Source: Orbicella franksi
Lineage: Eukaryota
Length of the DNA stretch: 64,000 nt
NCBI GenBank assembly: GCA_964199315.1
Contig: OZ116704.1
Span: 2,480,001-2,544,000, forward strand
Direction of reading: 5' to 3'
Below the pieces are notes generated by a model. It saw only the letters and a list, made by a program, of their open reading frames with translations, was not told the DNA's origin and ran no database searches. Shown here one piece after another: positions 21,438-34,486 of this stretch. Each line of letters opens with the position of its first letter. Position 1 is the stretch's first letter. The position numbers and the translations under genes were made by a program.

Positions 21438-24400
21438 TTCTTTCATCCAAAGGGAACACGGTAGATTTTGAAAAAAAAAAATGTCCATGTATGCAATTCA
21501 TGCCCACAACCACTTCTGAAGAAAAATTCACGCACATTTAGTTAGCCAGAAAAAAGCATGTTACACTGAGAGAAAATTCCATGCACGCACATGTCCCGAG
21601 AGAATAACAAATTCCTGCTGCATGACAGGGTTCAAAAAAAAAAATCATAGCTATATCAAATTACCCACCCCAGCCGCCTCAAAAGTCAAATGGTCGACTC
21701 CTAAAACGTAGAAACATGTTTTTTTCGTAGATTTATTACAAGTCAGGAAGCTATGGTAACCAAGAATTTGTTCACGCAATCTATTCTTCCAATTGCCAAT
21801 TATTCAATGCACAACAATGGTGAAAAATTCGGTGTGAGCGAAGAATATTTCTCACAGTTGATGTGAATTTTAATTGCCTATATAACGAAGTCTCAAGGGA
21901 CACACCCATCACTCTGGTGTCGGTCATGTTGCATGTGTGCTAACAAAGCGAACCTGTATCTTCCATTGATTTAGTCCCTTCAGGTAAATCCACAGTTTCT
22001 ATGTATCTTTCTTCTCTTGCTTATTCGTGTACTGATTTGCTGCAGTTTTTCGTGTCGTTCAGCTGTCGCTTTAATTTTTGCACGTTTAGCGTTTCGGCTC
22101 GGTGTTCATCAGTGACGCCCAAGAGACGCCATAATGAAAGCGCCGTGCAATAAGTAAGTTGATGAAATACCGATTTATAAACAATTAACAAGCTTTTTCG
22201 TTCGTAAGCAATTCATAAAGATTCAGTCTAGTTAAAATGTTTCTTACCAATATTTAATATTGAGCCTGTTTCAACCGCAAGTTATGCCTTTTCACTCGTA
22301 ATCGCAGCTTCCGACTATGTTGTCTGAGCTGTGCTCAACGTTTTGATTTGATTACCGCGTGCTCGGCAGTACTCGGAAGATAGGAGGAGACGCAGAACAT
22401 TTGATTGACGGTAGCGAACTTTGAATTTTAGAGTCCGCATGTTATTGAAAGGCGCAGTAAGGGTACATTCATCTTCCACAGTTTTGATCTATTAAAGTCG
22501 AAAGACAAAATCCCTCCATTTTCACTTTAGCTATTGCTTTAGAAACAGGAGAAGGACACTGCAACTCTTTTCTATTGTTTTCTGAAGATGCTACATCATG
22601 ACTGACAATTCGGCTGAGTTTCATGATAAAAATAATTTGATGGTTTATTGATGTCTCCTCTTTTTTGTCAGGTTAGACATCCTTCCAAAAGGAAGTACCG
22701 CCATCATCTTGGATTGCAGTGTGTGGCTCTTGGAATCTGGCCCATAAGTTGACTATTGGAAACGTCTCTTTTCAGATAAGTACTTCAAAGATTTCTTATT
22801 TCTCTCACAGTTACATTTACAATTCCACGATTTCAGGCAGCTAGTGATCAAAATGTTATCGGTCTTCTTGCAATATCCAAATATTAGGTCTTCTTGCATA
22901 GCACGGTGAAAAAAGGGAATGGTTAAGAAGCCCGGCAAACTTCAGTTGCAAAGGAACGAACAAAGATGCCAAGACTCGTGTTGAAAGTTGCACGACTGTA
23001 TTCAATTTTTAGTTTTGGGCTCACGCACTAATCCTGAATAAGGTCCTCTGCATGATACCTAACTTATTACTCGCTAACCTCTCCAAAATTATAAAAGGTT
23101 ACTAAATTATCAATATTGTTCTTGTTGTTACTCACAAGATAACAAGTTCAACGAAATTGCAGTCTTTCAAAGAGCTGATAGTGTTCAGTATTGGAGCCAA
23201 TCACCAGTAAGCTAGTGTGGTTGACGTTGTTATTCCATCCTAGCAGGCCTCTTCGTGAAGGGACAACTTCAATTTCAGACAGGTTAATCAGAGTGTTTGC
23301 AAATTTGTTAATTTGTCGCCGATTTTGGTGCACGATTACTTACGGCTGAACTTTTTGTAAATGCCTGGCTTGCTCAAGCTCAGTTCAGTGGTACTTTGAA
23401 AGTGGATCAGGACCAAACCTTTTGGTAAAAATTTGACAAAACGAAGAGAGGCAGCTTAATTTATTGATGTTTCTTATTTTAAGGTTAAACAGAGACATGT
23501 TGACAAGAATGCTTACATTTGAGCGGCGTCTTTGGATTGCACTGTGTTGCTCGTGCATGGACTCAAGCACAAGCTGACACTGGAAATATCTCACTTCAGA
23601 TAAGTCCCCCTCAGTTGATATAATATGGAGTTTGGGTATGAAGTCAAAGCCAAACTGGCAGATATTGTTCAATTATTATCAAAAATATATAAAATTACAT
23701 TACTGTGCTGTTTCTATCACGTATTGACACAGTATTGAAACCAGAGCTAAAATTGTTCGTAAAAGCTTGCTTTGAGAGATCGATAAATAGTTTGACTAAG
23801 CTTGATGAGGTCTCCTCTTTTAATCCTGCAATTTGAACACAGGTATTTTGAAAGAAAATTCATCTATTGTGGATTGCAGTGTGCAGCTCTTGGACCCTGG
23901 CGATTGGCCACTTTTGGAAGCACTTCATTTCAGATAAGTCTATCACGTTTTCTTTCCTTTTTTGTCGTTTACACCAACAGGTTTCAGTCCAAGTGATCAA
24001 ATTATTAAATCTCCTTACCATATACACTGTCAATTAGCGAAATTTAGTGACTTGAAATTAATGGATTAAATTTTTTCATTAATGAAGAAAAATGTTAACA
24101 GTAACGATTGAGAATTAATATTTCTAGCAGCAAACATTAGGTAAATTAATTATTGTTTCATAGTGAGTGTCTATGTAGAAGAGGGTCGGGGGCGGAATCG
24201 CTAGAATCTCAGTACAGTTATCAGTCAAATTTGCGTCGACTTTTTATCTATCATAAATGTTACAGCCAATCTCTCAGCTTTCAGTGAATTTTCTAGATCT
24301 CAAATCTCAATTATCACTTTCACAAACGCGTCATTTTGGTGTGAAAGTGATTTCAAGCAATCTTCGGATATCAGTGAAATTTTGTATTAAATCCCATCCT

Positions 24401-25379
24401 TTCCATCGTAAACCAGATACAGACTTGATCGTAAAACTCGGCAAAATGAGATATTTTTGCAAAAGGAATTTCACATACAAGAAAAATAGACATGCAAACG
24501 ATTCAGTTGAGATACTAACTTGTGACAAGACGTCGATGTTAGCAAAGACAAACAAACCATTACAAACCCAATTTGCATAAAAGAACTGTGAAAACAGTTT
24601 TCTAATAATCATTCATTGCAGTTTACTAAACTATTGACAAATAGTATAGAAGTGCCGGTAAAAAATATGGATCGATAACACACAGCCCTAAATAACAGAA
24701 GCGGTAAAAAAAACTTCTACAGCTAGCGTGAATGGATATTCTGAGTAAAATGAGTGCTTGTGGCTGATAATTTTGCAGTATTGATCGACTTTTAACGAAA
24801 TTTAGAGAGATTTCACTGACATGATAATATAAACTGTATCTATAACAGTTTGGTTTTCCGCTGACTTAGAATCAAATTGGGACGAAAATTTATGTTCTTT
24901 TCACAAGTTAGATGTAACATATTGTTAAAAAACAATATTCAGAAGAATACAGATCGAAAACCATCAATTAGGGGATATTTACCGTTAAATTTCCTGATCT
25001 GGCATTTTGCAAATTTTAACGATCTAATAGTTTGAGGTCAAATAATATTGATAGTTGATACTGACAGATGATCTATCGCGGCTAGTTTTTATTCTGTTTT
25101 ATGGGCACCTGTTATAAACGCAGTTCAACCGAACTGAAATTCTTTTCACTATCATTTTAATCAGTCAGACTTTTACTTAACAACTGATTTGGATCCATCA
25201 CGATTAGATTTTATCGCAGACTTTCTATGATCTTTTAATTCTGGATTTTTGACGTATATTGATAAAAAAAAATGCAACCAAAAATTTGTAGCAACATGGT
25301 AATGATGTCTAAACGGATATTTAAGAAGCAGGTATTCAAAATTCTCCAACCAGCATCTTCAGTGCGTCGATAAATTTTA

Positions 25380-25668
25380 GTTGGACATAAGAGACCTTCA
25401 GAAGGATGGTACATTTCCCTCGTGGGAAGATGTTGACATCTTTTGGAATCAGGTCGTTTTCTGTCGCTGCTTCCACATAGTGGAATGCCTTGCCCTTCTC
25501 TTTAAGGAAATCAAACACAGTTCAACAGTTTAAATCCTTACTCAAAACGTACCTTTTTAAACTAGTTTTAAAACTTTGCTATAATTTTCGGAATTAATGA
25601 TGTAATGCGCCTTTGATCATTGCATGCTAAAAGGCGCAATATAAGTTGTTAATTATTATTAATTATCA
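25380..25668 (+). mobile_element. 3' fragment of an L2/Crack-type LINE
   Basis: Frame reads FGIRSFSVAAST*WNALPFSLRKSNTVQQFKSLLKTYLFKL, the typical L2-clade ORF2 C-terminus. It is followed by AAGGCGCAATATAAGT and a TTATTA tail. Confidence 0.8.
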
Positions 25669-28007
25669 CATTTTCCCCTAGTTTTTCCTTCATAAAGAAT
25701 ACTTCATTGCAACAAAGCAACCATAAGAACAAAACACAACAATCTCTAGAATTCTGCGAACTTTAGGAAGTGACACTGCAGAATTGTATTCTCTTAAATT
25801 GACTTAATATTTGTTAATGAAATAACAACTCTATTATTTCATTGATTCTTGCTCTTTATTTGCCAGGGTGAAACACTGAGGTATCTGATCGAAAGATACA
25901 TCAGCCATTTTGATTTGATTGCAGCGTGTAACTTTTGGATTCTGCTGTAATCTGACACTCGAAACATCTCATTAATTTGAGATAAGTTAATCGTTTTCTC
26001 ATTTTACCTGAATCTGTTGCTGAAAAAATTTTCAAGTATCCTGTTCAGAAATTTGTTAACAATGAAGAACCGTGAAAGATGAGATGTCTAGCATTACGGG
26101 AGTCTGGGACAGAGAAACATCTGAATCCCCGACTTATTTGAACACAGGACCTCCAGGTCGGGGAATCAGGAATTTTTCTGATGTATTATCAAATTTTCAA
26201 AAGTAACTAGATTGAAAAAAGATTTTCGCAATTTCAGGCGCAAAACATCTCTGACATGTTTCGTTCGTAAAAATTAAAAAATTTTGCCTTGCCGAACTGA
26301 TAAAATATGTGATGATCTCAGGATATTTTGTATTTTTCTTGATACCAAGACAGTGGAAAACACATTGACTCCAGATTTTCTTCTGAGACGCGCTGACCAT
26401 AAGATATGAAAGTACTGAAGCACAATGTATTTGCATGATCAAAGCTCAACTTGAAGGTGAGATTACTACTGATATTGCTGCTGTGCTGTACAGGTATTGT
26501 GACGAGGACCTCCAAGAAACCAAGAATCAATCACGTGTCAGACAAAAACATATATGGCAGTTTTGGTTGTAATTCATAACAACATCTTGTATATTTGCAT
26601 TAAGAAGTTATTTCAAATCACTTCTGATGAAAGTTGTGTTCTAATCCACATTTTAAAGATTGTTTCCTTTGGACCTCTTGGTCTCTAAAAGCAAGGATGT
26701 TTAGCGTTGTATCCAAACAAGTTCTTTCCTTCAAACTGAAATGTGGTAAGTTTTTGGTAGTTTAATAAAGGATCTTTTAGTAATCAATGAAAACACTCGC
26801 AAGTTTTAAGACCGTGAAGTACCAGCTCAAGGTAGAGCAACCTAACAAGCTATAGCTGATACTGTTCCAAGAAGAAACGCAAGGCTAAATAAACAGTTTG
26901 AGAACTATATTACCAATTCCAATATTTAGACGGGCTAAAGAAGACCAAACGCGCGGGAATGTTTAGTAACCTGATTGAAGCTTTTTCTTTTTTATTTTTT
27001 CTGTTCTGCTTTTTTCGTTTACTGCAATCAATACCGGTTTGGGGCATAAATTACTGGCATCATACCTGAAGTCTGGAACAGGAAAAACGTGAAAAAACTA
27101 TAATACGAAATTTCGCTTTGTTAATATTAGATACTACCCATGCACTCAAGTATTAACACAGCCGAGTAGGGTTTAAATTTCATATCACAGGACTTCTTTG
27201 AAGAGGGACTTGGCGCTACGAACCCAGCCCATGGCTGCGAGGGCGTCCAGCTTAAACATGGTAAAAGAACATGCTCGTTATCTTTGTTTGGATTTGTGCT
27301 TATAGGTCCATAAAAATATAAACAGAAACTTTAAAAGTAAACTCCTGTCACTTGTTCAGATCAGCTAGGGCAGAGCGTGTTTATGATGGTTAATAAAGAA
27401 ACAAGATCGTGCTAACATTCCAGTTAGATGAAGCAAGGGTCGATTTATTAAAGGTTGTCTTTTTCTTGGTCTAAAAGTAGTTAAGAACAAAACGGGTGAG
27501 AAAATCAATGCAGTCCACCTGATGATTTCAGAGTTCTTACTAATGGCCTTTTGAAAATATCTTTGATTTTGATCACTCTTGGGTATAATGTAAAGACTAA
27601 TAAGGAAAGTTATTATACTTTACAATGATACAGTTACGTGCTTATTATTATTGGAATTCTACTGGTATATATACTAATGCAAATGCTGCATTATGATTAG
27701 CTGAGGTACTATCGTACACCATCGCCTTTGCTGCTTTTCTCTCCTTGTCAGGAAAATCTGAAGCCAAAAGATAGCTGCAGCTTGTTAATATATAATCACT
27801 TAAGCGAATACCATAAAGTTCTATTTGAAGACAAAATATAAAAATCAATGACAGCAGCATCGCATTTGCACAGCTCACCGTATATATGTTGATTCTAGTT
27901 GACACATTCTAATTTACTGTTAATATTTGGTTTTATCAACAGGTAGACTGAAGAATAGTAAAGAAACTAAATAGTAGCACGGCGCAACTGCAAGAACAGG
28001 CTACAAG

Positions 28008-30260
28008 ACAAGTGTAGAAACACTTTAAAATATATGCTTCGAACTTAAGAATAAACTTTAAGAAAAAATAACTCATTTTGATGTAGATCGTTCGAGCCTC
28101 GTACATGCATGTAGTGAAATGACCATGAGATAGCTAATTAACGAATAAAGTTGTGAATATCATATGTATATGATATCAAAATCACTGCAGAGGAGAAAAA
28201 AGAGAAAGGATCGGACGAGATTTTTGAATTAACGAAAGAAAACTTTACTGATGTAAAGAAGGTGCAAAGAGCAAATTAAAGACTAAACTCCAATAAGCTC
28301 TTAAACCTTCCTATAATAAAAGATAACTAAGAAACGAACTAAAGAAAAACAAATATGCCGCAGAACCCGAAAGGTGAATGCGGTTTAACATGTGTCGTTG
28401 TCCTTTACTTGACATTTAAATTTAGTTTACTCCTTCGACCATTCCTCATGCCTAAAGCGGAGGGCAATGCCAAGATAAAATCGCCAGAGGGAGTTAAACA
28501 CCCCTCCACGACCCTTTGTACACAGTGTTTAACTCCCGTTGAAAATCCTCCATATTCCTACGGGCGAAGATTGTTCGGAAACTTTTGATTCCTGTCCCCC
28601 AACCCTTAGCTCCCCTAAATGAAAAAACAGTGGGGAGGGTTAAATCTCTTCCATAATCTTTTGCCTTCTTGGGGAGAGAATTTGAAGACTAAGTTTAACT
28701 CTCATCCACAATCTTTCTCGAGTCCTTCTACGCTCAAAAAGGGTTGTAACACGAATGAAAACTCCCAAATTAATTTTACTCAAAGAGGGTTAAGGTTTAA
28801 GAACTTGCGTTAAGACTAGACTAACTCTAGAAATAAATGTATAGTCTAGTCCTACCGCCAGCTCTTAACCCTCAACCTAGTGAGAGAAAATTATGGAAGG
28901 AAGTTTTAGTAATACAAACCTTTTTGAACGTAAAAGGCCGAATGGAAGATTATGAATGAGATTAAAACTTCGTCTCCAAATCTTCTCCCTAAGAAAATAG
29001 AGGTTTATAAATTAGAATTAATCCTCCAGAGAGTCCGCGGTGGAGGACAAGACTTAGGGCTCCTCGAACAATCTTTGCATAATTAAATCTTCCTGGCATT
29101 ATGCTCTGCTTTAAGTGGAAAAAAATTGGAGATAGGAGTTAACTAAATTAAAATGTGCAAGAAACAAAGGATGAAAGTTTAATAAACAAGTAGTCTTTCA
29201 AACCATGCTCAATTTCTCATCATTATTTTTTGTTTCTAGTTGTTAATTTATTGAATATATGAATAAATTATCTAAGGGAGGGTGGAAGAGTAATCTTCCT
29301 CCCTACTACCTCCTTCCTACGGAGAGGAGGAGGGAGGGTGGAAGAGTAATCTTCCTCCCTACTACCTCCTTCCTACGGAGAGGAGGAGGGAGGGTGGAAG
29401 AGTAATCTTCCTCCCTACTACCTCCTTCCTACGGAGAGGAGGAGGGAGGGTGGAAGAGTAATCTTCCTCCCTACTACCTCCTTCCTACGGAGAGGAGGAG
29501 GGAGGGTGGAAGAGTAATCTTCCTCCCTACTACCTCCTTCCTACGGAGAGGAGGAGGGAGGGTGGAAGAGTAATCTTCCTCCCTACTACCTCCTTCCTAC
29601 GGAGAGGAGGAGGGAGGGTGGAAGAGTAATCTTCCTCCCTACTACCTCCTTCCTACGGAGAGGAGGAGGGAGGGTGGAAGAGTAATCTTCCTCCCTACTA
29701 CCTCCTTCCTACGGAGAGGAGGAGGGAGGGTGGAAGAGTAATCTTCCTCCCTACTACCTCCTTCCTACGGAGAGGAGGAGGGAGGGTGGAAGAGTAATCT
29801 TCCTCCCTACCACCTCCTTCCTCGCATTTGTATATTGTTATCTAGTTTTTTAAAGGTTTTTTCGCGTTCCCTTCGAAATTTTGGTGTTTTATATACAAAT
29901 GCAAAAAAGGAGGTATAAGATATATCTTACTTCCTGTACCTACTTGATCTAATGTTATATCAATGGACCAGGACACAGGTTTTGGCTGCACAGAGTCTTG
30001 TTGTGCAGTTTGTTTTTTATCTCCTTGTTAAGTAGTTTAGCTATTGAATATTGTAGAAGGTTTTAAGAGCTCCTTGTAATAACTTCTTTAATTAGCTCTG
30101 ACTCCTTCTTTACAGTAGAAAGGTTTTGCAAAATTTTACTGTGTATTTTATTTGGAGATATAGCTTATGAGAAAACCTTATCGTGTAAAAACAAGCTGGA
30201 GATTGTCTACTTGGTATGATTGCTTGAAGTTTAATAATATGGGTAAAAAGTGTCACTTAA
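28008..30260. other. Long branched fold-back (imperfect nested inverted repeat) region
   Basis: At least ten collinear long-range complementary segments centred on 28814-28851; see findings. Confidence 0.8.
29277..29822. repeat. 56-bp minisatellite, ~9.7 near-identical copies
   Basis: Unit GGTGGAAGAGTAATCTTCCTCCCTACTACCTCCTTCCTACGGAGAGGAGGAGGGAG, period 56 (29281, 29337, ...). Confidence 0.97.
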
Positions 30261-33200
30261 TTTATACCAAGGACTTCTTTTAAATCAGGTCGAATTTTAA
30301 TAGTTTGAAGTACTGTAGCCCATTTCCTTGCCTGATCCCTCTAATCTCTGCATGCCTGTTGACAAGATAAATCATTGATTATTTAAAAGGCAAGAAACTG
30401 TTTGGAAGTATTGAAAATTCGAGAACTGCAAAGTTGTTCTAATTTAACCACCATACTTAAGAAAGAACGAGGGTAATAATTCCAGAACTCCGTCAAATTT
30501 TCTTTGTTTTCGGACGTTTCTTAAAGAAATAATCTTGTAAGAATTTGGCAACAATTCTTTTAGAATGAATATTGACTTTTCTTTGTGCAAGACATTTCAA
30601 CCAACAATTGAATTTCCATGAATCATTGTTTGCGAGACTCTTAAGCCTAGAATTAAGAAATTCCACCCTGGCATTAATTTGGAAATTTTTCATATCTTTT
30701 CATTGAACATCTTAGTCATTATGTAGCATTTGAAAAACATGCTAAGTCGAGCTGTCACAAATCTGAAAACACTTTTAATCTGATTAACAGGGTTTTACTC
30801 CAACAAAGCACTGAATCGACACGAAATCCACAGGATATGCCACAAGAACCTGTAGGTTATTTAAAATCTGACGGTAAACACCAAAGAGTTCCCTTTTGGA
30901 CTGAAAAATGTACATTTTTGAACCTACTCTGTAACAATGAATACAGTCAGCTTTGGTCAAATAACATGCAACTGGAAATTGGCAATTCAGTGGTGGTGTT
31001 TTGATGCCATTTCCCTAAACAATGCAAGCGAATGTGCAAAAAAACCCTTCATTCGATGTCTTTTTAAAAACTTAAGGGTATCAAATTTCCAAAAGTAATT
31101 TCTCTTTTACTTGTCGTAATTTCTATATGCCAACCATTACACTTGACAACATTGACAAATTTTTCATCAAGACAATATCCCTTAGTTGATTATTTCCTTT
31201 GTTCTCGTCACATACCTGCTTGACAATGTATTGATATAGTAAGGAAAAAGAATTTTATAAGTTGATCAGTTCTTGAGAATTGAACAGTTTATTACTAATT
31301 AGCCCTTATTTTGTAACATTAATATTGTTCATTTTCTCACCAATTGTCAATTTCCGTAAGATGAATTGATTACACTGGCTCAATTACTATTTTATACTGC
31401 CTTGATACGGTACAGAAAGGCGAAATCATAAGTTGATCACTAGTTCTCTAGAATGTAAAGGCTTTTTACTAATAAAATTGTTAGCTCCTACTTTGAAAGT
31501 GACCAACATATAACTCATTTTTGCATCCCCTGTAGATTTTATAACCTTATTATTCTTAAGACCAAGTGTTTTAATTGACTGTTGCTTATCATTTAAATTT
31601 TTCTTGAAAGAAAGGACCATTGCTTTGAACTCTTCAGGAAAAATATTGTTTTTCATCAACTATTTCCAAAAACGTTTGGTTCTGGTTGTTGATCAATTTG
31701 TTATACGCATTACGGAAAAGTAATTTAGTTTTGAAACGAAATTCACAAGAAACTATTCGACAGTTTCAAGTTCACCTCCAAGATAAAGGACCGAGTGGTA
31801 ACTATTAAGGTTCATCCCTGGCATGCCCAAAATGTTAATTATCAATACTGGTTTCCCCATATTCTTTTTAATGTTGATTCTTAGATTGATAACTGTTAAA
31901 TCAGGTTAAAGGGAGTAGAGAAATGTACTTATCTTAAATAAGGTTTGTCCAATTGTCAATGTGCACCAGAGTCCAAGAGTACACTGCAATCCAAGATGGC
32001 TGTACTTTCTTTCAATAGTGATCTGCTTCCAACCTGGAGAAGGAAAGGAACAACTGTAATAATTAACAATCTTTTAATTCAGTCATTCGACTGATACATT
32101 TGTAGTCGTGTTAGATACATTTGATAATTTCATAAATTTTCAGATAACAGTAGTGATTTGGTGTGGTTTCACATTTGCTTAAGAGATCTTGAAGAAAAGC
32201 GAATATTCCTTATGGTATCTACCCTCCAAATTATGCCTAGATTATCGACAGAGTAATCGCTCAAGGTTTGGTTTTATGCACTGAAATGAAAACTACTCGA
32301 TGACTTTATTCTCACAATGTTCTTATTCTTTACAAAAACTGGCTACCAATAGCTTATTTGAACGTTGTCGTCATTTGACTACAACCACCAGAATTCCTTT
32401 CGTTTTTTCTTTATTATTTAAATTTTGAATTCCCAGTGGGGTTTAAATAACAATTGCCCTAATTAAAATAAGGAAATGAAAAAGAGAAGGATTCTGGTAG
32501 TTGTAGTCAGATGACGCCGTCATGCAAATCTCCTATTGCAATCCAGTGTTGCAACATGTTCTCTTCGGTTTATAATGAAAACCAAACAGTTGTAACTGAT
32601 TATTTTACAAGTTGTTGCTTTCAAATTGAATTTTCTCGAAAATTATGGAGAGACCGGAACGTTCGTTTTAAGATTCAAAAGCCCTTGTTTACTTGAAAAA
32701 AGAGAAGGAAAGAAAAATTTAATAGAATTTTCCCTTAGTTTTTCTAGCAGATTTAGTCTTAGTTTTATATTGAGACTCATCCACAGTGATACCATGTATA
32801 AACAGAACTCTTTCGTGAAGCCGCAACCTTTTGAACTGAGACACTTCACAAGAGAAGGAACTAAGTTCTGTTGATTCTGAGAATTTTGTTCTTCATGAAG
32901 ACAACACCAGTACCTTCAGCTACTGATGATTCTTATTTATTAGCGTTTAATTCTTAGTCAGCAAGACCCCGTTGATAACAATACTTTGTACAGAAGGGTT
33001 ATCTTGGGGAAATATTCGATTATCGTTATTATTAATATTAGTATTATTATATTATTAACGAAATTGACAAGATACAATATTAAACAGTTTTAGGTCGACT
33101 CCCAAGATAAACACTGAGGGGTAACTATTCAGGTTTAACCCTACCACACCCAACATCTATCATTCTGGTTTTTAATGTTGATTCTGAGAATTTCATTCTT

Positions 33201-34486
33201 CATCAAGACAATACCTTCAGCGACTGATTTTCTTAGATTTTCACCGCTCTTTCGCTGTAACTGTTAAATGGTTAACAAGAGTAGAAATAATGTACTTATC
33301 TGATGTTTCCAATAGCCTATATGTGCACCAAAGTCTAAGAGTACACTGCAATCGGCCAAGATGGCTGTAGTTTCCTCAATACTGATCTGTTTCCAACCTG
33401 GAAAATATTATAATATTGATGTTTTAATTCAGGCAGCCGACTGATAAATTTGTAGTCGTGTAAGATACATTTGATAATTTCATAAATTTTCAAACTGAAC
33501 CGTAGTGATTTGCTGTGGTTTTACATTTGCTTAAGAGATCTCGGAGAAAAGTGAATATTCCTTATGGTATCTACCCTCCATCCAGCACCCCTCCCCCTTC
33601 TAGCATGTACCTTTAATGACTGTCATGTGCTTTCAAACTCGAATATTGGTCACACCCTCTGAAAACACACCCTTTCGTTTTAGATGCAAAAATCTCTATA
33701 ACAATAAACTTCCTCCTTCCTTCACTGCCATGTGAAATGTGGAGTTTGATGTCAAAATAGTGACCAAATATCAACATTTACTTTAGAACTTCCTGATGCA
33801 AACTGTCTTTGGCTCCATTTGATAAGTGAGATCCTTTCAATAAATCAAAGCTATAACTGCCTTCTTGTTTGTGAAAGATCCTTAATGATGATCAATATTT
33901 CCTAATTAAGGTAAGACGAGCTATGTGGATACAAAACTATTGAGGTTCACACCCTGCCTCACCCAAAATATTAATTCTCATCACTGGTTTTCTCATATTT
34001 TTTTATGTTGATTCTGAGAATTTGGTTCTTCATAAAAACAAAAACCTCAGTGACTTTCTTAGATTTTGATCATTCTTGCACCAAGGCCACTAACTGGTTA
34101 AGGAGAATAGAAATAATGTACTTCAGATTCTTTCAATGAATCAAAGCTATAACTGCCTTCTTTTTTGTGGAAGATCCATGTTTCTTAAGGTAAAAAGAGC
34201 TCTGTAGAAATAGAGAGATGTATTTTATTCATTTGGAAGACTGAATAAGGATAAACTGAACTTTGGCAGAGAAACCTCATTTCATGGGCAATTTATACAA
34301 GAGTCAACATAAACGCTCCCTTTTTCGAATGTTAAGCCTATAAAATTGGGGCAAGATGCGGAACATAACAATGCGTTCGTCTTTTACAAACAGGCTCTTA
34401 AATTATTAATGGCCCTTTACTTGAACTCAAGAGCTAGCAATCGACATCTAATTTCTCCCTATGATACCAATACGTAATCAAGTAGA

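Noticed and set aside
21343-21541. Poly-isoleucine ORFs on both strands
   Set aside because: Translation of the (ATT)n microsatellite.
29277-29822. CRISPR-like array
   Set aside because: Units are head-to-tail with no unique spacers, the context is eukaryotic, and no cas genes are present.
28008-30260. Group I/II intron, rRNA or NUMT, or an intact deltavirus/Obelisk coding genome
   Set aside because: No group II domain V. The GACTA/TAGTC pair is only 18 nt apart, too close for a group I P7. No conserved rRNA or mitochondrial protein motifs, no hammerhead core and no ORF over 77 aa were seen. A decayed form is not excluded.
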